NCBI GenBank assembly: GCA_963836235.1
Contig: CAWIIP010000002.1
Location: 896,001-960,000, forward strand
Length of the DNA: 64,000 nt
From: an uncultured Pseudomonadota bacterium
Lineage (GTDB): Bacteria > Oederibacteriota > Muellerivitia > Muellerivitales > Muellerivitaceae
Reading direction: 5' to 3'
This document shows positions 39,074 to 48,460 of this stretch, in pieces. How positions within the stretch are numbered: the stretch's first letter is position 1; each line of letters starts with the position of its first letter. The notes under the pieces were generated by a model, which was not told where the DNA came from, did not search any database, and saw nothing but the letters and a program-made list of their open reading frames with translations. Both the position numbers and the translations under genes were made by a program.

Positions 39074-40387
39074 TCAATTCTTCGACAGTATCTCCTGGGC
39101 CGCTCCAATTCCCTGTTCCATAGCGGATTCCATACTTCCATATTCCCAACGGCCATAACGACCGACCGAGAGGACCCGATTTTTCCGGTAAAAGGAAAGA
39201 AGGTCCGATACGGTTTGATCCCGGTAATCGTCGTAGATGACGTAAGCGCCCGGCAAATCCAAATCCACTCTCGTCACGATTTCTTTCCGGTTTTTGATCC
39301 ATCCCAGTTCCATCAATTTTTGAATGGCGTGGTTCCCCAGCTTTCGCGGGTCCGGCCTGGCCCCTCGGTAGGAGAATTCCACGTAAATCGAGGCATGCCC
39401 TTTGGGCGCCACGGTCGGGACGCAGGCGCTAACCGAACCCGCCCGGTGAAACCCGAATTCCTTTTCCGGGAAGTAAACCCAGCTATAAGGAACCGGCTGC
39501 TTGCCCCGAATACCCAAATTGATGTTGTAGATCGAAGTAGCCTGGAGGCGCTTGGCGGAACGGGATAAGGCAGGTGGAAGGCCGGAAGTCATCGCCGCCA
39601 GCCGGTTAAGGGGAAGGCTGGAAACCAAGGTTTTGTATTCCACTTCAAGCCCGCTGGTCAGGGTAGCTGTCCATTTGGACAAGTCCAGTTTTTGGATTCC
39701 CGCGCCCGTCCAAAGTTGGGGGAGGTTCCGGGCAATAGCCCTGGGCAGAATGGAAATGCCGCCTTTGTCCGGGTAAAGGAAAGTGGCGTTGTATCCCGAT
39801 TGGGATGCCTGCCGGTCAAAAGCGCCTTGAAGGACTTCCATAATACGGGCCGAGGGAACGAACCGTCCCATCCAATGGGTGGTCAGTTTTTGAAGCGGAA
39901 CTTTCCAAAGCTTCCCGTTGTAAGGAAACATGAAATGCTTGGACAAGCCCGGCCCGAAGGCTTGGAGGCACCAGCTTTTGAAATCCCGGGCTTCCCCTGG
40001 CCGAACTCCGGAAAACCTCTGGTGCAAGACGGCTTCCAAATATCCCAATACATTTTCCCGAATGGTGCCCGAAGAAAGACCGGCGTTGTTTTCCTGGTAG
40101 GGATATTCGCTGTAAGTCCCCTGGCTGTAAATGACCGCATGGCGGGTCCGGGTCTTCAATTCTTTTCCAACGAGATTGAGCACCCATTTTTTTATCTCAG
40201 GCTCATGAAAATGAAGAAAATGGCCGGTGTAATCGAAGGTAAAACCCTTGTCCAAAATCGTCCGGCAAAGCCCGCCCGGATTTTCTTCCTTCTCCACCAA
40301 TAAATAGGGGCTAGAAGCTTGGTTGAGTTCACGAGCGCAAGAAAGGCCGGCCAGTCCCCCACCGGCGATCAGGGTTTGGACTTTCAC
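39074..40387 (-). CDS. FAD-dependent oxidoreductase (protoporphyrinogen oxidase/UDP-galactopyranose mutase-like)
   Basis: AGGGLAG, GGLCRT, FDYTGH, GRYGRWEY. Confidence 0.85.
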   Translation of the reverse strand: MKVQTLIAGGGLAGLSCARELNQASSPYLLVEKEENPGGLCRTILDKGFTFDYTGHFLHFHEPEIKKWVLNLVGKELKTRTRHAVIYSQGTYSEYPYQENNAGLSSGTIRENVLGYLEAVLHQRFSGVRPGEARDFKSWCLQAFGPGLSKHFMFPYNGKLWKVPLQKLTTHWMGRFVPSARIMEVLQGAFDRQASQSGYNATFLYPDKGGISILPRAIARNLPQLWTGAGIQKLDLSKWTATLTSGLEVEYKTLVSSLPLNRLAAMTSGLPPALSRSAKRLQATSIYNINLGIRGKQPVPYSWVYFPEKEFGFHRAGSVSACVPTVAPKGHASIYVEFSYRGARPDPRKLGNHAIQKLMELGWIKNRKEIVTRVDLDLPGAYVIYDDYRDQTVSDLLSFYRKNRVLSVGRYGRWEYGSMESAMEQGIGAAQEILSKN

Positions 40388-41475
40388 TTTCTTTTCGCTT
40401 TTCGTGTTTGTTTTTTAGGAGGGCCCAGGAATATCTGGAAAGGATTTTCCCTCAACTTGGTTTGTCCCTCATCGACCCGAATGGTGGAAACCGCCACGGT
40501 AAAAAGAAGGGCGGCGAAGAAAAACAAGACCATGAAAAACAAGGCACGCTTTTCCGAAAGCCGCACCAGCACACCGGCGCAGGCCACGAGCAGGAATGAA
40601 AGGCTCCAAAGCGACCAAACGATAGGCTTCACCGACATGCCCAGGGCCCTCAGCCTCAAGGCCAGGTGGTCGTTGGACCCCCGGAACATGGAACGCCCTT
40701 TCAGGAATCTCAAAAACATCACCAGCGCCGTGTCGTAAAGGGGAATCCCCAAAATGAAAAGCGGTGCGCAAAGGGCGACAACGTTCACTTGGGTATAACC
40801 GTGGCCCATAGCAATGCCCGCCAGGATGAAGCCCAGGAAGAGCGCCCCCGAATCCCCCATATAGATTCGGGCCGGTTGGTAGTTGTAGGGCAGAAACCCC
40901 AGGACACTACCACCCAAGGCCGCCGCCGTCATTGGGACATAGCTTTGGGAGCCCAGGAAGGGGACAAAGACGAACCCCAGGCAGGCGATCACCGCCACCC
41001 CGCCCGCCAGTCCGTCCATGATGTCGATCAAGTTGACCGCATTCGTCACCGCCACCACCCAAAAGACCGTCAGAACCTTGGCCAGCCAGGGGTGACTCGG
41101 AAGAAACTCCAATTGGACTCCGAAAAAGATGAGCAGTGAAGCGGCCAGAATTTGGAATAGGAACTTGAGCGCCGGAGAGAGCGAAAAGAGATCGTCCGTC
41201 AGCCCCAAAATGGCGACCACCGTGCCCCCGGCCAAAAGGGCCAAAACCCGAGGTGAATCGGAAGGCGGAGACAGGATGATGGCCGAGAGAACCCCCAAAA
41301 GAAAGGAAAAGTAGATGGCCAGCCCCCCCATATAAGGAACCGGGGCGGTGTGCTTTTTCAGTTGGCCTTGGGGGCTATCTAAGAAGTGAGACCTTAAGGC
41401 TATTTTCCGGAAGAGGGGGGTCAACCCCAAGGAGAGGACTAAAGTGACGATGAAGATGATCCAGTTGGCGTCCAG
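40384..41475 (-). CDS. MraY/WecA-family polyprenyl-phosphate HexNAc-1-P transferase
   Basis: GLTDD, NLIDIMDGL, YMGDSG, DHL; frame extends to CTG 41475 with GGAGG RBS. Confidence 0.9.
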   Translation of the reverse strand: MDANWIIFIVTLVLSLGLTPLFRKIALRSHFLDSPQGQLKKHTAPVPYMGGLAIYFSFLLGVLSAIILSPPSDSPRVLALLAGGTVVAILGLTDDLFSLSPALKFLFQILAASLLIFFGVQLEFLPSHPWLAKVLTVFWVVAVTNAVNLIDIMDGLAGGVAVIACLGFVFVPFLGSQSYVPMTAAALGGSVLGFLPYNYQPARIYMGDSGALFLGFILAGIAMGHGYTQVNVVALCAPLFILGIPLYDTALVMFLRFLKGRSMFRGSNDHLALRLRALGMSVKPIVWSLWSLSFLLVACAGVLVRLSEKRALFFMVLFFFAALLFTVAVSTIRVDEGQTKLRENPFQIFLGPPKKQTRKAKRK

Positions 41476-41580
41476 GGGCGTCCTCCAGGCAGCGGATGGC
41501 TAATGTTTGGCTGTCTTGAGGCACTATAACACAAAGGCAAAGGGTGCCCAATTGGCTTAAAAAACATGGAAAAGGGCAAT

Positions 41581-41666
41581 AAAAAAGCCCCGGTGGGTCG
41601 GACCGAGGCTGGGAGGTGAGTGTTGATTTGTTTGAAAGCAAACCAGTTGTCGCTGGCCTACTTGCT
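41581..41666 (-). ncRNA. Candidate sigma54-dependent small RNA (~86 nt)
   Basis: -24/-12 promoter, 5' hairpin starting at predicted +1, CUCACCUCCC single-stranded linker, intrinsic terminator. Confidence 0.65.
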
Positions 41667-41677
41667 AACTATATAAG

Positions 41678-41692
41678 GCAATGTCCATGCCA
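41678..41692 (-). promoter_or_regulatory. Sigma54 -24/-12 promoter
   Basis: TGGCATG-GACA-TTGC versus consensus TGGCACG-N4-TTGC. Confidence 0.75.
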
Positions 41693-41763
41693 GTCCTTGT
41701 GCGGTTTTTCATGGCCAAAAAGCCTTATAATTTGAGGTTTTTCAAAAAAACCTAAAAAGTTAA

Positions 41764-41811
41764 GTGTAATTTATATTTACACTCAAAATATATTGTACAT
41801 ATTATTTACAC
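41764..41811. promoter_or_regulatory. Tandem enhancer-like palindromes (UAS)
   Basis: GTGTAA-N7-TTACAC (41764..41782) and TTGTAC-N7-TTACAC (41793..41811), about 100-145 bp upstream of predicted +1. Confidence 0.65.
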
Positions 41812-41944
41812 TTTTTCAAGTTTAATTTTAAACCAAATTCTTTATCTATTTGGCATGCATAAAGCAAAAAGTGTATAGCTTATGGATATTTACTTGTCTC
41901 TAGATTGCACGCCTTACTTCGGACCAAAAGGATAGAATTTCCGC

Positions 41945-42781
41945 ATGGATTATATTTCTTCAATCAATTTTATGCTCATTGTTATTGGTTTGGGTCTTTC
42001 TGCGGTTGGGGGTGGTATGACCTTTCTACCGCAAAATCATTTTGATAAAGGATTTGGAAGAACAATAAGAATAGGTATGGGATGGTTACTTATACTTTGG
42101 GGGTTAAGCCTTTCTGGGTATACGACTTATATTTTAATTCAAGGAAAAAGTACAGAACAAGCAACCATGTGGTTTGGGGGGGCCGCTCATCTAGTCCCAA
42201 AGATTGTTCCAACTCCACGCCCAAAAGCCAGAAAAGAAACGGAAATTAAAAAGCAAAACGAAACCCAAGCTTCTTGTGAAGCTGTTTCAATTTGGTTTAA
42301 TGACTCTCAACCTCAACCAGAATTCAACATTTATCCAGATAGCAAGGATGGTGATACATTACAACCGAAATTAGAACTGAAGTTTTATGTTGATTGCTTC
42401 AATAAAACAAATGAAGAAAGAGATTTAACTTTTTTGCCATACCTTCAAGGAGGTAATCTCCCAGCAAATTGGAAAGTGATTGGTGTTGGGATATATCAAA
42501 TAAGCGGGGCGGAAAAAGATATTCCAGGCCCCAAAATTGTCGTGGCTCCGAAAACACACTTCTTATTCAATGCTCTTGTGGAGATTGGTACGGAAGATAT
42601 GAATACGCCCGCATTTTATGAATCTTTCAAAACGTTAAGTGAAAAAGTAACTTTTACTTTAACCGTTAAAACCGAGGAAGACGAAACTTGTACAACAGCT
42701 CAAACCATTTCTATAAGGGACGGGTTTCGAATAAATTTCGAACATAATCATCAAGACATTACGAAAAATTGGAGTAATTAG
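41945..42781 (+). CDS. AT-rich hypothetical membrane protein
   Basis: Two N-terminal TM segments, 278 aa. Confidence 0.6.
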   Translation: MDYISSINFMLIVIGLGLSAVGGGMTFLPQNHFDKGFGRTIRIGMGWLLILWGLSLSGYTTYILIQGKSTEQATMWFGGAAHLVPKIVPTPRPKARKETEIKKQNETQASCEAVSIWFNDSQPQPEFNIYPDSKDGDTLQPKLELKFYVDCFNKTNEERDLTFLPYLQGGNLPANWKVIGVGIYQISGAEKDIPGPKIVVAPKTHFLFNALVEIGTEDMNTPAFYESFKTLSEKVTFTLTVKTEEDETCTTAQTISIRDGFRINFEHNHQDITKNWSN

Positions 42782-42863
42782 AATATTCATGCGTAAGGTG
42801 ATTATGCCTGCCTAAAGCTTTCGAAGGGCTCTTCGCAATGACTACCAAAGATATCGTTGGCTT

Positions 42864-44741
42864 CTACTCCACCCCAATCCCATACTTCCTTATCTTCTGA
42901 TAAAGCGTCGGGCGGCTGATACCCAACCGAGTAGCGGCTTGCTTTTTGTTGAAGTGGGATTCCTGCAGAACCCGAAAGATCAAATCCTTTTCCCCTGATT
43001 CAAGAACGCTGTTCGCCGGAAGCTTTTCCATCGTCTTAGAAGCGGGGTTCTTTGCGCCAGTCAGCTCCTCCGGGAGGTAGGCGGGCTTGATCAGCACGTC
43101 GTCGTTCAAGGTCACGATACGCTCGATGACGTTCTCCAGTTCCCGCACGTTCCCGGGCCAGCGGTGTTGCCGCATGATCGCCAGGGCTTCCTCGGAAATA
43201 CCCTCGAACCTCGTGGGCCGCTTGGCCTTCAAGCGGTCGAGAAAGTATTTCACCAATAGCGGAAGGTCGCCTTCCCTATCCCTGAGCGGCGGCATCTCGA
43301 TGACGATGACGTTCAGCCGGTAAAACAAGTCTTCCCGGAAATGGCCTTCCTTGATGGCCTGCTTCAAATCCCGATTCGTGGCGGCTATGACGCGGATATC
43401 GATCTTGACCGTCCCCGTCCCGCCCACCCGCTCGAATTCCCTTTCCTGGAGCACCCGCAGGAGCTTGACCTGGGTGGAAAGGGAGATTTCGCCGATCTCG
43501 TCCAAGAAAACGCTCCCCTGGTCGGCGGCCTCGAACTTCCCGATCTTTTGCCCAATGGCCCCGGTGAAGGACCCCTTCTCATGCCCAAAAAGCTCGCTTT
43601 CCAGGAGGGATTCACTAAGAGCCGAGCAAGCGATGGGCACGAAGGGCCTATCATGCCGCGCCGATTGCTGGTGGATGGAGCGGGCCACCAGCTCTTTCCC
43701 CGTGCCGTTTTCCCCCAAAATAAGCACGGTCGCGTCGCTGGCGGCCGCCCGTTTGATGAGGTCCTGAATGCGCTGCATGGGCGGGCTGTTGCCGATGAGG
43801 AGGCTTTCTTCCGCCGGGCGGCTTTTTTGCGCAGCGGCCACCGACACCATGGACTTGGAGAGGGCGAAGAGGATGGAGGCGGCGTTTTTGGAGGATTTCA
43901 CGAACTCCTCATAGTCTTCCTTCATGCGCCCGGTCAGCCCTTCGTTAAAATAAACTTGTCCCAGGTTATAGATGGCGTTCACATGGTCGGGATTTACCTT
44001 CAGCACATCTTTGAATTCGGTAATGGCTTTTTCCAGTTCCCCCTTTTTAAAATAACAAATCCCGAGGTCATTCTGGATGTTCAGCCTTTCCTCCCCCGCG
44101 GGTAATATCTTGAGGGCCTTGCGGTAAATCTTGATGGCTTCGTCGTACCGCTCCAAGGCCATCAGGCATTCCCCCAGGCTTCCCAACGCCGGGACGTTGC
44201 GGGGGTTGGAGTCGATGACCGATTGGTATTGCTCCAGGGCCTTTTCCAACTCGCCCCTTTCCTTGAACAGCGCCCCCATGTTCATTCGGCATTGGAAGGA
44301 CAGGCTTTCGGCCGTGTGGAAAAGCCCCAGGTAAAAACTGCCGGGCGTCAGGGGATGGACCAGGTGAAGGGTCTCCATGAAGGAAAACATGGCGTCATTG
44401 ACATGCCCCCTTTTCATGTGGATCAGCCCCATGTTGAAATGGACGTCCAGGAGCGAGGGATGGATTTTCAGGGCCTTTTCGTAATAGTCCAGGGCGGCGA
44501 CAAAATCCTGCAAATGAAAAGCCGCGTGGCCCGCGTCCCGAAGGGCGAAGGCGCTGAAGGGGTTTTTCTTGACCACCGATTTGAACAGCTTGAGGGCCTT
44601 TTCGTACTCGCCCTCCTCGAAGGCGGCCACCCCTTCTTCCGTGGCCTTCTCAATGGGCTCATGGGCGGCCCCACAAACCGGGCAAAAGCGGTGTTCTTCG
44701 TCCAGGGGATTCCCGCATTCGCGGCAGATGATGTCGGCCAT
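42864..44741 (-). CDS. Sigma54 enhancer-binding protein: zinc ribbon + TPR + AAA+ + Fis HTH
   Basis: CREC..CPVC, TPRs, [53 protein letters not shown]. Confidence 0.93.
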   Translation of the reverse strand: MADIICRECGNPLDEEHRFCPVCGAAHEPIEKATEEGVAAFEEGEYEKALKLFKSVVKKNPFSAFALRDAGHAAFHLQDFVAALDYYEKALKIHPSLLDVHFNMGLIHMKRGHVNDAMFSFMETLHLVHPLTPGSFYLGLFHTAESLSFQCRMNMGALFKERGELEKALEQYQSVIDSNPRNVPALGSLGECLMALERYDEAIKIYRKALKILPAGEERLNIQNDLGICYFKKGELEKAITEFKDVLKVNPDHVNAIYNLGQVYFNEGLTGRMKEDYEEFVKSSKNAASILFALSKSMVSVAAAQKSRPAEESLLIGNSPPMQRIQDLIKRAAASDATVLILGENGTGKELVARSIHQQSARHDRPFVPIACSALSESLLESELFGHEKGSFTGAIGQKIGKFEAADQGSVFLDEIGEISLSTQVKLLRVLQEREFERVGGTGTVKIDIRVIAATNRDLKQAIKEGHFREDLFYRLNVIVIEMPPLRDREGDLPLLVKYFLDRLKAKRPTRFEGISEEALAIMRQHRWPGNVRELENVIERIVTLNDDVLIKPAYLPEELTGAKNPASKTMEKLPANSVLESGEKDLIFRVLQESHFNKKQAATRLGISRPTLYQKIRKYGIGVE

Positions 44742-44744
44742 GCC

Positions 44745-45161
44745 TTAGCTCCCCCGTTTCTTCGTCTTGGGTGACGATTTTTGGGGAGTGCCTGGCTTTT
44801 TAACCGGCTTTCCGGCGGGCGCCGTAAGCTTTTCGATCTGGAGGGTGATCAAATGGTTCGCCTGCGGATGCTCGGCGTAACGCTTTTTCAGCTTGAGGTA
44901 CCAAGCCAGGGCTTCTTTGAGCTTCCCGGCCTTTTCCAGCTTATAGCCCTTGCGGAATTCCTTCTCGAACTCGATGAAACGCAGTTGGTCCGCCTCGGAT
45001 AAATGGGTGGTCCAGAGGAACCCCGAAGCGGTCAGAGCCGCCAGGGTCATCAAATAGATGAAGTAGGGAGGGAAAGCCAGGACGCCCAGGAGGTTGACAA
45101 TCGTCAGGCCGCCCCAGTCGACGTTTTTCAGCATGGTCTTTTGCAAGCGCGCTACCCCCAC
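44745..45161 (-). CDS. Small membrane protein with TPR-like helix pair
   Basis: Two TM segments; 3 bp upstream of the activator start; own start uncertain. Confidence 0.6.
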   Translation of the reverse strand: MGVARLQKTMLKNVDWGGLTIVNLLGVLAFPPYFIYLMTLAALTASGFLWTTHLSEADQLRFIEFEKEFRKGYKLEKAGKLKEALAWYLKLKKRYAEHPQANHLITLQIEKLTAPAGKPVKKPGTPQKSSPKTKKRGS

Positions 45162-45186
45162 AGACGGTCATGGTATGGTTCCAAAA

Positions 45187-45205
45187 GTGTAATTTTATTT
45201 TACAC
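45187..45205. promoter_or_regulatory. Third copy of the GTGTAA-N7-TTACAC palindrome
   Basis: Same half-sites and spacing as 41764..41782, upstream of the activator operon. Confidence 0.65.
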
Positions 45206-45215
45206 CCAAGGGCAT

Positions 45216-45249
45216 AAAAAAAGCCCTGGTTCTTTCGAACCAGGGCTTT
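45216..45249 (-). terminator. pnp intrinsic terminator
   Basis: AAAGCCCTGGTTC-TTTC-GAACCAGGGCTTT plus U-tract. Confidence 0.85.
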
Positions 45250-45262
45250 GGGACGCTAAAAG

Positions 45263-47374
45263 TTAAAGTTTTTTGTAATCGGCGATGTTCAAACCAAGGG
45301 CTTCCTTGCGGGAAAGCTTGATCTTCTTGGTCTTCGGGTCGATCCCGATGCACTTGACCAAGAGTTCGTCGCCTTCCTTCAGGACGTCCTCGACCCGCTC
45401 CACGCGGCCCTTGTCCAATTGGGAAATATGAACCAGGCCGTCGGTGCCCGGCAGGATCTCGACGAAAGCGCCGAAGTCCATGATCTTCTTAACCGTGCCG
45501 AAATAAATTTTTCCCTCTTCGGCCTCGGCCATCAGCCCGTCGATAAAGGCCTTGGCCTTTTCAATAGAGGCTCCGTTGGGAGAGGCGATATTCACCGTAC
45601 CATCGTCTTCCACATTGATTTCAACTTGGAAATCTTCCGTGATTTTTTTGATCATCGCGCCGCCTTTGCCGATGATGTCCCGAATCTTATCCACCGGAAT
45701 CTTGATGCTGACGATCCGTGGGGCATAGGGCGAAAGGGTCGTGCTGGGGGAGGTCATGGTCTTATCCATGATGTCCAAGATGGTCAAACGGCCCTGCTTG
45801 GCCTGCGCCAAGCCCTTCTCGATGACCTCGAAAGGCAGGCCTGTGATCTTGATGTCCATCTGGATGGCAGTGATGCCCTTGCGGGTACCGGCCACCTTGA
45901 AGTCCATGTCGCCAAAATGGTCTTCCAACCCTTGGATGTCGGTCAGGATGGCGTATTTGGTCATGTCCGCGTTGGAAACCAACCCTAAGGCCACGCCCGC
46001 GCAGGGGCTCTTCAAGGGCACGCCCGCGTCCATCATGGACAGCGAACCGCCGCAGACCGAAGCCATAGAGGAGGAACCATTGGATTCCAGAATGTCGGAG
46101 GAGACCAGGATGGTATAGGGGAAAGCGTCCAGCGACGGGAGCAATGGCTCCAGCGCCCTTTCCGCCAGGTTGCCATGGCCGATCTCGCGGCGGCCGGGGC
46201 CCGAGAGGCGCTTGATCTCACCCACCGAGTAGGGCGGGAAATTGTAATGAAGCATGAAACGCTTTTTCTGCTCGCCTTCCAGCTCTTCCAAAATCTGCTG
46301 GTCTTCTTTGGTGCCGAGGGTGGTGACCACCAGGGCCTGGGTTTGGCCGCGGGTAAAGAGGGCCGAACCATGCGTGCGGGGCAGAACCTTCACTTCGCCC
46401 GTGATGGGGCGGAACTCGTCCAGCTTGCGTCCGTCCTGGCGCTCGTGGCGGTCCAGGATGGCTTCACGGACCAGGTCGGACTCGATGCCGTGGATCAGTC
46501 CCGAAATATCCTTGTCCTTCTCGGGGAATTTTTCTTTCAAGGCTTCGACTGTTTCTTTTCCAACGTGATGGATGCCTTCTTGGCGCTTGAGCTTGTCTTT
46601 TTCGGCCATAGCAGCCTTCATCTTAGGCAAGGCGAAGGCCTTAACGGCGGCAGCCAAATCCTCCGGCGGCCTGACCAGGGTCAAGGCACGCTTGGGTTTG
46701 CCGGCTTTCTTGACCAGTTCTTCCTGCAGGTCGATGATCTTTTGGCATTCTTTATGGGCCAGTTTGATGGCTTCGTACAGGACCGATTCGGATTCCTCGT
46801 CGGCTCCGCCCTCGACCATCACGACCGCCTTGCGACTGGCGGCGACAACGAGGTCCAGGGTGCTTTCTTCCATTTGCTTGAAGGTCGGGTTGACGACCAG
46901 GTCGCCCTTGATGCGGCCCACGCGGACGCAGCCGAACATGTCGGCCACCGGGATATCGGAAACGGCCAAGGCCGCTGAAGCCGCGGAAACGGCCAGCACG
47001 TCCGAGTCGTTTTCTTGGTCGGACGAGATGACGGTGCAATGCATTTGGACTTCGTTGAAGAACCCATCCGGGAATAAGGGACGGATAGGCCTGTCGATCA
47101 GGCGGGAGGTGAGGATTTCCTTGGTGCGGGGACGGCCCTCGCGCTTGAACCAGCCTCCGGGAATGCGGCCCGCGGAAGAGGACTTCTCGCGGTACTCGAC
47201 GGTGAGGGGGAAAAAGTCTTTGCCCGGCATGGGATCCTTGGCGCCGACCACGGCCACCAGGACCACAGTTTCGCCATATTGGGCCAGGATCGACCCATCG
47301 GCCTGCTTGGCCATACGGCCCGTTTCGAAAGATAAAGTCGCTTGAGACAATTTACAGCTGACGCGTTCCATCAT
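45263..47374 (-). CDS. pnp: Polyribonucleotide nucleotidyltransferase
   Basis: DFFPLTVEY, GSALFTRGQTQ, ESNGSSSMAS, GDMDFKVAG, KH and S1 domains. Confidence 0.98.
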   Translation of the reverse strand: MMERVSCKLSQATLSFETGRMAKQADGSILAQYGETVVLVAVVGAKDPMPGKDFFPLTVEYREKSSSAGRIPGGWFKREGRPRTKEILTSRLIDRPIRPLFPDGFFNEVQMHCTVISSDQENDSDVLAVSAASAALAVSDIPVADMFGCVRVGRIKGDLVVNPTFKQMEESTLDLVVAASRKAVVMVEGGADEESESVLYEAIKLAHKECQKIIDLQEELVKKAGKPKRALTLVRPPEDLAAAVKAFALPKMKAAMAEKDKLKRQEGIHHVGKETVEALKEKFPEKDKDISGLIHGIESDLVREAILDRHERQDGRKLDEFRPITGEVKVLPRTHGSALFTRGQTQALVVTTLGTKEDQQILEELEGEQKKRFMLHYNFPPYSVGEIKRLSGPGRREIGHGNLAERALEPLLPSLDAFPYTILVSSDILESNGSSSMASVCGGSLSMMDAGVPLKSPCAGVALGLVSNADMTKYAILTDIQGLEDHFGDMDFKVAGTRKGITAIQMDIKITGLPFEVIEKGLAQAKQGRLTILDIMDKTMTSPSTTLSPYAPRIVSIKIPVDKIRDIIGKGGAMIKKITEDFQVEINVEDDGTVNIASPNGASIEKAKAFIDGLMAEAEEGKIYFGTVKKIMDFGAFVEILPGTDGLVHISQLDKGRVERVEDVLKEGDELLVKCIGIDPKTKKIKLSRKEALGLNIADYKKL

Positions 47375-47504
47375 TTTTGACTCCTCCAGAAAGTTTTAGG
47401 TTGGTGACGAGGTTGGGATGTTGAATGAACCGCTTTTGGCCTTGGGCTTTCCAAAAAAGTCTTTCTTGGTGCCCTTGGTGCCTTGGTGGTGAATTCTTCT
47501 TCCC

Positions 47505-47771
47505 TTATTTGCGGAGACCCAAACGATCGAGGAGCGAAGCGTATCTCTTCACATCGTGCTTTTTCAGGTAATCCAAAAGACGGCGCCGGTGCCCGACCAG
47601 CTTGAGCAATCCACGACGGGACGCATGGTCCTTGGGATGGGTTCTAAAATGCTCGGTCAGGTATTTGATCCGCTCGGTAACGAGGGCAACTTGAACTTCT
47701 GGGGAACCGGTATCCGTATCCTTTTGTTTAAAATCCTGAACTAACTGGGTCTTCTTTTCCTTCGTCATCAT
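47505..47771 (-). CDS. rpsO: 30S ribosomal protein S15
   Basis: [21 protein letters not shown]; GAGGAG RBS. Confidence 0.98.
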   Translation of the reverse strand: MMTKEKKTQLVQDFKQKDTDTGSPEVQVALVTERIKYLTEHFRTHPKDHASRRGLLKLVGHRRRLLDYLKKHDVKRYASLLDRLGLRK

Positions 47772-48111
47772 GGTGCGACTCCTCAAATTGAAATTTTGTT
47801 GCCGGACTCCCCTGAAACCAAGCGATCGTCAGAGTGGACGAGGGCCGAGTAAAGGATCATTGCCTTGCAAACCTACGCTCCCAAAAATCGGGCGCAGGGG
47901 CAGTATTCTATGGACTTTGCCGGGGGGTGTAAAGGAGATAACCGGCCACAAACGCTTAAAAAGAATGAATTTCAAACGGTTTTCTGGAAAGGTCTTCCTG
48001 CTAAAGGGAGATTTCCAGAACATCAAATTCCACACAAAACCATTGGGTCAAGTAATGGAAAACCGGGAAACGATCACCCCCGGCGCTCATTTGGGTGGAT
48101 AGAATTTGTTT

Positions 48112-48150
48112 AAAAAAATAAAAGCGGTCCGGAATTTAACCGGACCGCTT
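48112..48150 (-). terminator. Intrinsic terminator
   Basis: AAGCGGTCCGG/CCGGACCGCTT stem plus U-tract. Confidence 0.8.
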
Positions 48151-48173
48151 GAATCCGACTTAAAAGGCTAGCA

Positions 48174-48359
48174 TTACTTGGTGGGAGCTCCCGACTTGGA
48201 AGAAGAACCGGGATTACCATTTTTCTTGCTGTGGTGTTTCTTTTTTCCATGCTTGGTGGATTTAGACGTCGGGGTGGCTGGAGAGTTTGCGGCCCAAACC
48301 AAGCCCGAAGTCGCCGTGACAAAGAACAACACCAAAACCATTGCCATTACTTTTTTCAT
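48174..48359 (-). CDS. Small secreted Lys/His-rich protein
   Basis: AGGAG RBS, signal peptide, KHGKKKHHSKK, own terminator. Confidence 0.7.
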   Translation of the reverse strand: MKKVMAMVLVLFFVTATSGLVWAANSPATPTSKSTKHGKKKHHSKKNGNPGSSSKSGAPTK

Positions 48360-48460
48360 TTTATCTCTCCTTTAAGGATTAAAACCAACTGGCTTCTACT
48401 TCTTAGACGACAGAATCGGAAAAAAAGTTAACCTTCAGCCTCCGAATCTTCCCATTTACC

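Noticed and set aside
41375-41641. 88-aa minus ORF downstream of the sigma54 promoter
   Set aside because: TTG start without RBS, crosses a strong terminator and overlaps the WecA-like gene; an sRNA explains the region better
41850-41866. Plus-strand TGGCATG as a second sigma54 promoter
   Set aside because: The -12 position reads AAGC rather than TTGC; too weak to call
47460-47493. CTTGGTG short tandem repeats between rpsO and pnp
   Set aside because: Possibly a REP-like remnant, but it is a single short locus with no support for a function
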